Of a stretch of 64,000 nt of DNA, positions 25,544-36,106 are shown in pieces (the stretch's first letter is position 1; the number at the start of each line of letters is the position of its first letter). Both the position numbers and the translations under genes were made by a program. The notes under the pieces were generated by a model. The model ran no database searches. It worked only from the letters and a program-made list of their open reading frames with translations, and was not told the origin of the DNA. This stretch comes from Neoechinorhynchus agilis (Eukaryota > Animalia > Acanthocephala): contig CM121342.1 in assembly GCA_051530055.1 (NCBI GenBank), positions 9,563,480 to 9,627,479 on the forward strand, given 5' to 3'.

Positions 25544-27550
25544 ATGCATACAATTGCGGTATCCTTTCCAAAAGGCACACTACGTCCAATCGTATTAACA
25601 GCGATTATCATAACAGGTCTAAATTACGTTTTCTTCAATTTTAAATACCTGAAGGCGTTATGTTTTCGATTCGTTATTCGGAATGCACCGTTGGTACATG
25701 GAAAAATTCAAACAGTTAGGAAGGAATACAAGCAAAGTTTCCTTAAAAATAATAAAAACGCAAATAAAGACGTCCGAATATTTCGATCCCTTCCCGAAGA
25801 ACCAATCAAGGAAAGTGAATTAATGGACTTAATGCATGCAAATTCCAATTTGACTTCTATTGAAATTCACACTGGCTCTTTATCTGGGATTGTCTATAGA
25901 GATAGCGAATATCTTGACCGAGTTGCTTTGAACACTATCAAACTATTTACAGACTCTAATCCCCTCCATGCCGATGTATTTGTTGGAACAAGAAAGATTG
26001 AAGCCGAAATTGTTCGAATGGTGGCTGGAATGTTCAATGGAGACGATCAAGTGATCGGTTCAGTGACTTCTGGAGGTAGCGAATCACTTATTCTGGCCGT
26101 CAAAACATATCGTGATCGCTTCGTAAAAGAAAATAAAAGATCTGGGAGATGTGAGCTCGTACTTCCATCAACGGCACATCCAGCTATTCTAAAAGGATGC
26201 CACTACTTTGGTATTGATCCAGTTTGTATAGAAGTGGATCCAGCGAACAAGAAAGTTCGAGCGGTCGATATTGTATCCGCTATAAGTCCTAAAACCTGCG
26301 CCATTTTCTTATCCGCCCCGTCTTATCCACATGGAGTACCAACGTACGATGCTTTCTTCAATGAGGAGCTTGATAAGAGCGTCTTTTAGCACTCGATCAA
26401 AACCATTATAGACTTTTAAATCAATTGCATTGTCGTTCAATTATCCAGCGCTAATGAGGTTCAATAAACTAGGAGTAAAAACGTTAGGCAGCTATTTGTA
26501 AAATTATGAAATTTCCATTTTCACCTAACAAAGCAATTTATAATTTCAGTTTCATCCTTTTTTGGAAGGGGAAAAAGTAGTTCCAAAGGATTTAGCATTA
26601 AATATTTTGACGCTTTAGTCTATTTTTTTAGATTTTAGTAAACTAAATTGTTTCGACTTTATGTACTTTTGTGTCATTTTTTAGTTCCAAACTAATAAAT
26701 CCCATCGTATTTTTTTGCTTTCGCATAAAATCAAATGTCAAACAATTTTTTGTTTCAAAAAGCATCCTATGTAATAATGGACCCGATCGCAGAAATCTCT
26801 AAATGCTGCAAAGGAATTCCTATCCACGTTGATGCATGCCTTGGTAGTTTTATCGTTCCTTTCCTAAGCCACCTCGATCCTTTTGATTTCAGAATTTCCG
26901 GAGTTACCAGCATTTCTTGTGATACACATAAATACGGTTTATGTCCGAAAGGCTCATCAGTACTGATTTACCGAAATTCGGACTACTTTGCCCATCAGAT
27001 TTTTGCGTGGGCCAAGTGGCCCGGTGGAGTGTATGGTACTCCGACAATAGCCGGTAGTCGTCCTGGCATGATATCATGTGCTGCGTATGCTACAATGCTA
27101 GCAGTCGGTGAACGAGGATACAGAGAACAAGCTCAAGGAATCTATAAAGCTTGTCAAAAAGTATCCGAAGGCATAAAATCAATCGAAGGTTTGAGTATGA
27201 TCACTGAACCACAAGTGAATGTAGTGTCGGCAACATGTAACCACGTCTATGAACTCATTGATCTAATGAAAAAATCCGGATGGATATTGTCCCCACTACA
27301 GGATCCGCCTGGATTTCATATCGCCATTACCCAGAACCATCTCCGTGACGAGTGCATTGAGCGTTTAATATTCGATCTCAAGTCTTCGATGGATATTTTA
27401 AGACAGAGAAAAGACTTCACGGATAAATCCGAATTGACAGTTCTGTATGGAAGTGGTCAAATGCTTCGAGATACAGACTTAATTGAAGATTTATTGGTTG
27501 ATTATTTTGTTTCCCTTTACACAATCCCACCGTCCATTGAACATAAATGA
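25544..27550 (+). CDS. SGPL1: Sphingosine-1-phosphate lyase; exons 25544-26338 and 26777-27550
   Basis: SNPLHADVF, GSVTSGGSESL, SAPSYPHGV|MDPI, IHVDACLG, PLP lysine motif SCDTHKYG, GGVYGTPTIAGSRPG. Confidence 0.93.
26339..26776 (+). other. TA-bounded hairpin intervening sequence (438 nt)
   Basis: TA-cca-acgtacgatgcttt ... aaagcatcctatgt-aa-TA; removal gives PHGVMDP. Confidence 0.8.
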
Positions 27551-27552
27551 GT

Positions 27553-28557
27553 TTAGTTTTCACTGTTCAAAAACAAACCTTTTATTCGTTCTCTTTGTCG
27601 TTTGTTCGCCATCTTTATTTCACGAATGACAATATCATAGAGGCGTTCAACTGCACCATTAAGATTAGAAGTCGATTCACGAGCGCAAATTAGATCCTTT
27701 CGAGCTTCCAAATAATCCCTCCGACCTATTGCATTCACTAGGGCTCGTCTATATAGACTTTTGTGTCGTAGCAAAAGTCCTGTGTCTCCTAAAGTCTCAC
27801 AAAATTCGATTACGCGGGTACAATTCCGTTCAATCCTTTTCAACATGACTTTAGCATCGTCCACATTGACACACAAATTATCGTCAATATCTAGTTTAAT
27901 TCTTCGAATTTGACAAGCGACAATATTTGAGAGCGCCCGTGCTTTAATGATCCGCATTTCAATCTCGTCTCCGGTTAATTTTCGACAAATTTCCGCTAAA
28001 CGAATTGAACGCCTGTACGTGTAACGATGGGATTGCTTTAACGTTCATCACACAAAAAAGGAATTAAAATCCCATCGTAGCACCATTTACGAGTACACTG
28101 CAGTCAGCATTGCGTAATCGTCGCTTCTCTGATCACTATTCAACGTTTTAGAGCGCATTTCGTATACGGAATTTCCGTGTTCAATAAAACTCAAAGGCGC
28201 TGATTTAAGCCAATCGATAGGTGGCGTAAACCTTTGCGTTGAAGGTCGGACAACCGTACACTCAATAAGTTCGATAGAAAACACAACTTCGTGGTTTTTG
28301 AGTTCACACAATTCACCTTCGATTAGGGACAATGTGACAAGATGAACGATGGCATGAGTGAGCAATGTGTCCGAGTCGAAAACAAAACGGTCCTTCCACT
28401 GACCAAGAAATGGTATTTCCAATTTAATTAATCCATTTATTCTTAATTTGCATTGACAGCCTTCTTGAGCCAAATGTCCGTTTCCTTTTCTAACAACTTT
28501 TTTTATCCATTGATCGCCTGCGAAATTAAATGCTTTTTCGGCCTTGTCTGAACTCAT
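27553..28557 (-). CDS. FKBP-like/TPR co-chaperone; one intron of about 72-78 nt near 28013-28090
   Basis: KKVVRKGNG and FSIELI degenerate FKBP fold; TPR motifs GNSVY, ALSNIVACQ, KSLYRRALV...DYLEARKDL. Confidence 0.6.
28016..28087 (-). other. Hairpin intron with two in-frame solutions (TA-TA 28016-28087 or GT-AG 28013-28090)
   Basis: Perfect 11 bp arms acgatgggatt/aatcccatcgt (28024-34 and 28068-78). Confidence 0.6.
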
Positions 28558-28630
28558 CTACAAAAAAAGGAACAACAATTATCAATGATTAAAACGATAT
28601 AATGAGAAAAGAACAATATTTTTCTAAGAT

Positions 28631-29450
28631 CTAGTCATCATGAACCCGTAACCATTTCATGATTCGGTCTTTCCATTCACTTTCAACAATACTGTCAGCG
28701 ACAAACAAAACAGCCCTACACCCTTCCATAGCAGCGTCCGTGAGTCGTTTAAAATCATTTCCATGAACTGACCGTCCATACTTTGATCCGACTTCTAGCC
28801 AAACGACAAGACCGATTTTTGAACATATACACACGGTGACTGTAGGACCGTTTACACTTTCCTCTTGAGCGTCTACATCAGAAAATCTCACTAGCTCATG
28901 AAATGTTCTGCTTTACGTCCACAAGGTACTTTCCCCTTAACAAAGAAGCCGTACAACAAGTGAGAATATCTTTCATCGGAATAGCGGTGCTCATTGTAGC
29001 GAATGAAACAGCGTTCATCACGGTTGCAAGAACGCTACCATCGATGGTCTCAATGTCCACATAGACATCGAACACAGATCGAGAACTCTGATCCCAGATT
29101 ATTGTTGATTCCAAAGCTTGCTTTACTAAGGATGCAATTGTGGACAGCTCGATTGGCAGTCCTCTAAGAGCCTCTCTATTTCCGTTCACTTGACAATTTA
29201 CACTCAGTTGACCAGTAATAGAATGACGTGAAGGACATTGATGTCTTAAATCGGTAGCATCGACCTCATGGGGTCCGTAAACTCCGCAAACAACCGAAGT
29301 TCCTCCTTGTCGTAACCAAATTGATCCAGTTGCGGTTTTACACATATCGAAACGGTGTTCAATACGGCGAAGTTCGTAAGGACGGCGACCGTCTCCACGT
29401 ATTGAATGGTCCTCAAGAAGGTCAAGAATAGTGCCAATGTTTGACGTCAT
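28631..29450 (-). CDS. EXOSC4: Exosome component RRP41; exons 29450-28914 and 28873-28631
   Basis: DGRRPYELR, GGTSVVCGVYGPHEV, DGSVLATVMNA, PMKD, then LVDV|DAQEE. Confidence 0.85.
28874..28913 (-). other. TA-bounded hairpin intervening sequence (40 nt)
   Basis: TA-aag-cagaacatttca-tgagctag-tgagattttctg-atg-TA. Confidence 0.75.
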
Positions 29451-29734
29451 CGCCAGAAATAAACTGAAAACTCAAAATACTTAAAAAATATAACAGAATG
29501 ATATCATCATTCACTCCTAGAAAAAAAACCCTACATTCATGAGCAACAAGGCGAAATTTTCTTTAAGAAAATGCCTTTTAAATCACGAAATAAAACACGA
29601 ACGAGCTCAACAACGAAAACTAATTGGAAACATTCAAACTAAAACGAAAAGTCAATGACGAACTATAAAATAAATACGAAGGAAACAACATACTAATGAA
29701 TTCTTCGATGTTTCCGCGTCTTGAAATAATGTTT

Positions 29735-31190
29735 TGACTTTTTTCCCAAAGCGGATAAAGATCCCTCATTTCGTCTGTTTGGTTAGCGTATGAAATTGAA
29801 CTTTTCGATCGTTCGGTATTGTCCAGAATTAAGAATCTCATATACGAAAGAAACACAAACTGCTCTTCACGTTGGCGAACTGTGCGTATTTTTCACATGT
29901 TTGTTGGAATGTTCCGAGAATTTTCCCAAAACGGATAAAGTTCCCTCATTTCGTCTGTTTGGTTAGCGTATGAAATTGAACTTTTCGATCTTTTGCGATT
30001 GTCTAGAATTTTTGACCTCATTCAAATGTCCTGCATAAATACGAAAGAAACACAAACTGCTCCTCACGTTGGCGAACTATGCGGATTTTTCACATGTTTG
30101 TTGGAATGTTCCGAGTTTTTTCCCAAAACGGATAAAGTTCCCCTATTTCGTCTGTTTTGTCAGCGAATGAAATCGAACTTTTCGATCTTTTGCGATTGTC
30201 TAGAATTTTTGACCTCATTCAAATGTTCTGTCTAAATACGAAAGAGACACAAACTGCTCTTCACGTTGGCTAACAATGCGGAATTTTCACATGTTTGTTG
30301 GAATTTTCCGAGTTTTTTCACAGAGCGGAAAAAGATCCCTCATTTCGTCTGTTTGTTTAGCGAATGAAAATGAACTTTTCGATCTTTCGGTATTGTCCAG
30401 AATTAAGAATCTCATTCAAATGTCCTGCATAAATACGAAAGAAACACAAACTGCTCCTCACGTTGGCGAACTGTGCGGAATTTTCACATGTTTGTTGGAA
30501 TGTTCCAAGTTTTTTCCCAAAACGGATAAAGTTGCCCTATTTCGTCTGTTTGGTTAGCGTATGAAATTGAACTTTTCGATCTTTCGGTATTGTCCAGAAT
30601 TAAGAATCTCATATACGGAAGAAACACAAACTGCTCTTCACGTTGGCGAACTGTGCGGATTTTTCACATGTTTGTTGGAATGTTCCGAGAATTTTCCCAG
30701 AGCGGAAAAAGATCCCTCATTTCGTCTGTTTGTTTAGCGAATGAAAATGAACTTTTCGATCTTTCGGTATTGTCCAGAATTAAGAATCTCATATACGAAA
30801 GAAACACAAACTGCTCTTCACGTTGGCGAACTGTGCGGATTTTTCACATGTTTGTTGGAATGTTCCGAGAATTTTCCCAGAGCGGAAAAAGATCCCTCAT
30901 TTCGTCTGTTTGTTTAGCGAATGAAAATGAACTTTTCGATCTTTCGGTATTGTCCAGAATTAAGAATCTCATTCAAATGTCCTGGATAAATACGAAAGAA
31001 ACACAAACTGCTCTTCACGTTGGCGAACTGTGCGGAATTTTCACATGTTTGTTTGAATTTTCCGAGTTTTTTCCCAAAACGGATAAAGTTCCCCTATTTC
31101 GTCTGTTTTGTCAGCGAATGAAATTGGACTTTTCGATCTTTTGCGATTGTCTAGAATTTTTGACCTCATTCAAATGTTCTGTCTAAATAC
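29735..31190. repeat. Composite tandem repeat, about 180/198 bp units, about 7 copies
   Basis: acacaaactgctc.tcacgttggc recurs with spacings of about 198, 198, 196, 179, 180 and 199 bp; lies between the divergent EXOSC4 and SRSF genes. Confidence 0.92.
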
Positions 31191-31325
31191 GATGGAAACA
31201 ACGAACGACCGTGCACGTTAACGAGCTCTATGGAATTCTTCCTTTCGCTCTTTGCTGGGGGCGCGTTTTGTCTATTCTTTTTGTTTTAAAATATTTTTTT
31301 AGATACATTGTTTTTGTGCATTTCA

Positions 31326-32682
31326 ATGAGCAGTCGAATTTTTGTTGGTAATCTACCATTGGGTACTCGTCCGGACGATTTGGAGGCATTGTTCTCTCGA
31401 TACGGGCAACTGATGCGTTGTGATTTACGAGAAGGAATACGTGGCGGATACGCATTTATTGACTACAGTGGGCGAAGGTTTGACTGAGTAGTTAACGTTC
31501 GTTCAGATTGATTATGGCAGGGAAGCTGAGGAAGCGGTCTACGGTCTAGAAGGTTACGACTTTGGCGGTCTACGACTAAAGGTTGAATTCTACGACGCTG
31601 ATAACCGAAAAAGGCGTCCTGGTATGATAAATGACGAGGGTGGTCGTCGTTTTGGTGGACCTCGGAGATTTGATCCTTATGAGACGGCCGACGGTGGTAG
31701 GTACGGTGCTACTAGAGCGGAAAAGCGGATATGCAGAGGAGAATTCCGAGTTATTGTTACAAGTACGTTTTTGTGGGACGTACAACGTCTTGTCAATGTA
31801 TTTATATAGACGTTCCATATTCGGCTAGTTGGCAGGACTTGAAAGATCATATGCGTGAGGCTGGAGATATTGTTTTTGCTGATGTGAATCGAGACGGTAC
31901 TGGATCGGTTGAGTACTCCAACTATGAATCAATGCAAGCAGCGCTGAAACGTTTGGACGAGTCTAAAATGAGATCTAGACAGGTACTTGGGTATTTTCGA
32001 ATAAGGAACGTTTAATGGTAGATTAAAAATTGTTTGTTGAAGGAAAAGCTGAATTAGAATCTCAGAGAAGTTTAAATTAATTGCCCCTCTATTTTAGAAA
32101 TACTTTAAATCCACTCATTTTCTTATGCGCTAATTTTAAGAATCGAGTTCTGATTTTGAAAGTTGTTAAAAATACGAATCATAATCCATCGATTTGATGA
32201 TTTCAAATTATGTGAATTCAGTTGACCGCATCTAGAAGAAGATGTTTGTAATTTCCTTATTTCTTGCATATTTGGTAGAACATCCTGTTCATTATCGATA
32301 TTTCACGGCATTTTTGTTTCACAAGTTTCCTGATTTCTTCTAAGTTGTTTTTCCTAGAGCTGACGGTAATGTTAGAAATATATGCGTAATAGATAAGTAT
32401 GGAATAGAAACCAAAATAAAATCACTCATAAAAACTGAATTTCACGAATAGGGTGATGTTTCGTACATTAGAGTCAAACCGAACCGTTCGTTAATGCCCA
32501 GACGTTTTCTGGGCAGTGGAGATGGATTTCGAAATCGAAGAAGCGATAATTCAATGAATATGGAAAGACGAGATCGGCGTTTGATGTCAAGAAGTCCAGC
32601 TCGTCCATACACTAGCGGACGTAGATACGGAATGGACGCCCAAACTCCAAGACGGATGGGCGGTGATTACGGCTTTACTTGA
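31326..32682 (+). CDS. SRSF1: SRSF1/9-like splicing factor; canonical introns 31478-31520, 31763-31809, 31983-32451
   Basis: RIFVGNLP, YAFIDY..RREAEEAVYG..GYDFGG.RLKVEF, and the pseudo-RRM motif SWQDLKDHMREAGD; GDVSYIRVK. Confidence 0.85.
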
Positions 32683-32816
32683 GACACGGATGGGGTTGAA
32701 CGCGAGTGCGATATATTAAGAACGTTGCGCGTGAGTCAGACTGGAGTTTGGGACGGGTTTAGAAAATGGATTACGGTTGACTAAGCGCGGACCCATTACT
32801 ACTTCGACCATTTAAT

Positions 32817-35800
32817 GTGTGTGTTTTTTCGTCAAAGTTTAAGACAATGCTACCATCGGTAGATAAAACGAGTCATTCGATGAAATCATCAAAGGAACGT
32901 CTTAAACCAATCAAACTTCCTGATTGGTGGTCAAAGCCAGAACTGACCCTAGATTATTATCCGAGTGCTGAAAAATACGACGGAAACGTGCGCGACATTT
33001 GCAATTTCCCCGTGGACGAACAAGAGTCTCTGATAGTCCACGATCTTATCCTATGTATGAGTGGAGTTGAAGGTCGTTATATAAAGACACCGACGCTTGT
33101 TGATGGCCGAACACGATCAAGATCTTTCCATATAACACAGACACAAAGATGATTAAAGTCCGGGTAATGGACACTTGTTGAGATCGTCTTTGTCTCAGTT
33201 TAGACCGTGGACTGAGTGCGAGTCTACGTGAGTTGGCTAAGCGCGTCCTTGAACTCTGTTGCGATTACTCTTTTGTTGTAAGATTCCAGCAGTCGTTCGG
33301 AGGAGATGAGCAAGGAGGACAAGTCCTTCACTCGTTTTGTGACGCCCTAAACGACGTCCTTAAGGACTACCACATTTTTATTGGAAAGGTTTGCTCGCTT
33401 AAACCACTGCCCTCACTACAGGCTCTATGGTGTTTGTGTCAGCCGATGCGGTCAAACATGGCCACATTGGCGAGTCTTGTGGAAATCGGTTGGCATTCTC
33501 ACACGGGTTCTCCAAAGTCGGCTGAAATTTTGAATCAAATGCGTTCACTTCTGGACAGAACCGTTGATCCGTGCGAACAGAAACTTATTGAATGTGTATT
33601 GAATAAGGCAGCCAAGCCCTATGTAGACAAAATATTACCAAGGTTTTTGAGCAGTGGAATCGTATTTGATGATCCGTACAATGAGTTTGAACTCGACGAT
33701 GAAAGTGATAAATTGCCGTATTTTCTTGAACCTTTTACCATTTACTGTGCACACGCGCGCCAAAGAAAGGGTTGACGGTTCTTAAATTCCTATAGTTTTT
33801 GAGGGTTTCATTTTGCATTTTGATTGTAAATCCATGTCTAAAAATACAGTACAATGTCGCTTTTTTTCGGATAACCGAAAACTCAATGTGATTACAGAAT
33901 ACGATGGGAAGTGGGTTTAAAGGCCATTTTTAGCTTTATTCGTGAAAATAATCGCTTATCTGATCTCTTTTTACCATTGGACGCTTTTGTGTGTGCTTTT
34001 TCGCTGCGAGGTCACTTGACTAGGAAAGCAATCTGGGCCAAAATTGTCGTTCCTTTGTATTTAACTTTAAGAAACAATCCCCCCCCAAAAGAAACAAGCT
34101 CTAAGTTCGTTTTCTTTGACTGCATCGGGTTAAATATTTCGTTTTTTGTTTCGAAAATTAAATATTTACGTCGAAATCTCTCAAAACATTAGAGATTAAA
34201 TATTTTTTGGATTCGAATCTGAATTTCTATGTTTGCAAAACATACACCAGCCCTTTTATTTGCAATGTTTTGGCCAAAATGCGATATTTCGGCACACTCG
34301 TCTGCTGCTCTAATCAAGGTTGTTTGTAAGTTTTTACAACAAAATCCTGATCTAAATCATTTTAAGTTATAACATTGCCAGTTCAATGTTCAAAAACGTT
34401 TCATTTTGACGACTGGTCGTTGCCACAAACGTATCAAAGAAAAATCTTTTTTCGTGCGTATTTTTCAGTGAACGATTACGAGAGCTGTGTGCACAGTAGA
34501 CGAAGACAGATGATGATCGACACTGGCCGTTACTTGAGTATTCTAAGTAAAATTGGGCCAAACTCCGTTGTTATAAACGTACCTTCAAGAGGATCAGAAT
34601 CGATCCAAACTGAATCGCTTGAGGCTACGACAGAGCATAAAATCCGAAGCAGTTACGAGCAAGCAAGTCGAGCGCTGTTCGATTTAGCAGTTGGCCCCCT
34701 CTCGATCTTCGGACGTCTGAATTCCATTCTAAACTACTTTTTACTCCGCAAAGCTGACTTTCTAGTTCATTTTCTCGACACAGCGGAACAAGAACTCCGC
34801 GCGAGTTCCAGTACAGCACCGTTAAATCGCCTGGATGCACTTCTCGATCTCTCTATCCGAACGAGTTGCCTAGCAAACGATCAACACAGTGAACCAGTTC
34901 ATTCATGCTTTCTCGATTGCGATCTCATGAGTTACATTACGAGTGTTGGGAACCAAGAATTGCTCAAACCTTCATCGGTCAATACGTCTTCTTCGTCGTC
35001 ATCCATACCTGCATTTGAACTATTAACTCTGGATCGTGAAATGCCGTGGCCACTCACAGTGCCAGCCGATACGAAGAAATCGCTTCAACGTCTCTTCCAT
35101 CATATCTTCTATCTTAAATTCATTGAACGAGCACTTTGTAACGTCGGGCGAGGCTACATGCAATACCACAGGAAACATTGGGCTTACAAAAGCACGTCGT
35201 TCGACATCGCCACGGTGTTCGCTCTCCGTCAACGGATGCTTCATTTCGTTCAAAACCTTCTGTACTTTACGTGCATCGACGTTATTGAACCGAATTGGGC
35301 GACTTTTATTGGGTCAATGCAACACCTAAGAGATAATCGGTCGGAATCTTGCAATGTAGCAAACATTGATCTTATCTCATTCGGATTCAGTGAGTTCGTC
35401 GAGAGCTGTATGGAAGATGGCCTTCTAAGTAAGTCAAGCACCGATATATTTATGCTCATCTACAAGACCTTAGCGCGCAATCGGCGATTGGTTCCCATTT
35501 TGTGGTGGTGGTAAAGTTTTTTGTGTAATTGAGAACGCCTAAAAAACACGAACCAATCACCGTCGTCTATCAATCTGTAAACTATTTGCCCTTCAAAGTG
35601 ACGTTCTTCTAAAGATCAGGGCGGTTCGTTCTGGAGCTTCGTCTCGAGCTCCGTCTCCAATGTCTCGCTCGCCGAGTGGTTTTTCGGTTTATTCGCCTTC
35701 AATGAGTTCCCTGAACAGCTCTGACACTCTACTCACCGCACAGTCAAAACAACGATACGGGGTTATTTTCGTCAGTAAATTCTCAAAAGCTATGCGTATC

Positions 35801-35953
35801 CTTCTCAAATCACTGCAACAAATGACGGATGCGGCGTGTTGTACCGTTTCTGGCAGGTTGGCAGCCGCCAGTGATAACATGCTTACACGACTTGATTACA
35901 ATCGATATTATCGCGATTTCGAGGAACAATCTGACGACGTTTGTGCGTTCTAA
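32817..35953 (+). CDS. TUBGCP2: Gamma-tubulin complex component 2; three hairpin introns
   Basis: QESLIVHDLILCMSGVEGRYI, SLRELAKRVL, DPYNEF, DTGRYL, YFLLRKADFLVHFLD, QRMLHFVQNLLYFTCIDVIEPNW, LTRLDYNRYY. Confidence 0.9.
33135..33202 (+). other. TA-bounded hairpin intervening sequence (68 nt)
   Basis: TA-aca-cagacacaaagatgatt ... gatcgtctttgtctcag-tt-TA; removal gives SFHI|DRGL. Confidence 0.8.
33738..34504 (+). other. Hairpin intervening sequence (767 nt TA/AA, or 761 nt TA/TA ending at 34498)
   Basis: TA-cca-tttactgtgcacac ... gtgtgcacagtaga-cg-AA; 14 bp stem. Confidence 0.75.
35473..35569 (+). other. TA-bounded hairpin intervening sequence (97 nt)
   Basis: Arms cggcgattggttc (35482-94) and gaaccaatcaccg (35550-62); removal gives IYKTL|SICKLF. 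Confidence 0.7.
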
Positions 35954-36106
35954 CTTAAGTTTTCGCTATGAATGTGTGGTTTCGCTACTTTCAAAATGGA
36001 GAAAAAAGCATTAATACGCAATCGCTCGCACAATCGTCATTTGAAAATCGTCGGTGGTGCTCTGTACACCATTAAGTTTGTTTAAAAATTCTCATTGGGG
36101 GATATT

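Noticed and set aside
28860-28900. Stop-codon readthrough or an alternative genetic code joining the EXOSC4 ORFs
   Set aside because: The ORFs are in different frames and are joined by intron removal; other genes end at standard stops.
12180-31190. Tandem arrays as CRISPR arrays or real repeat proteins (ORFs 12772, 14103, 30590)
   Set aside because: Eukaryotic context, no unique spacers, and the ORFs are by-products of the repeat units.
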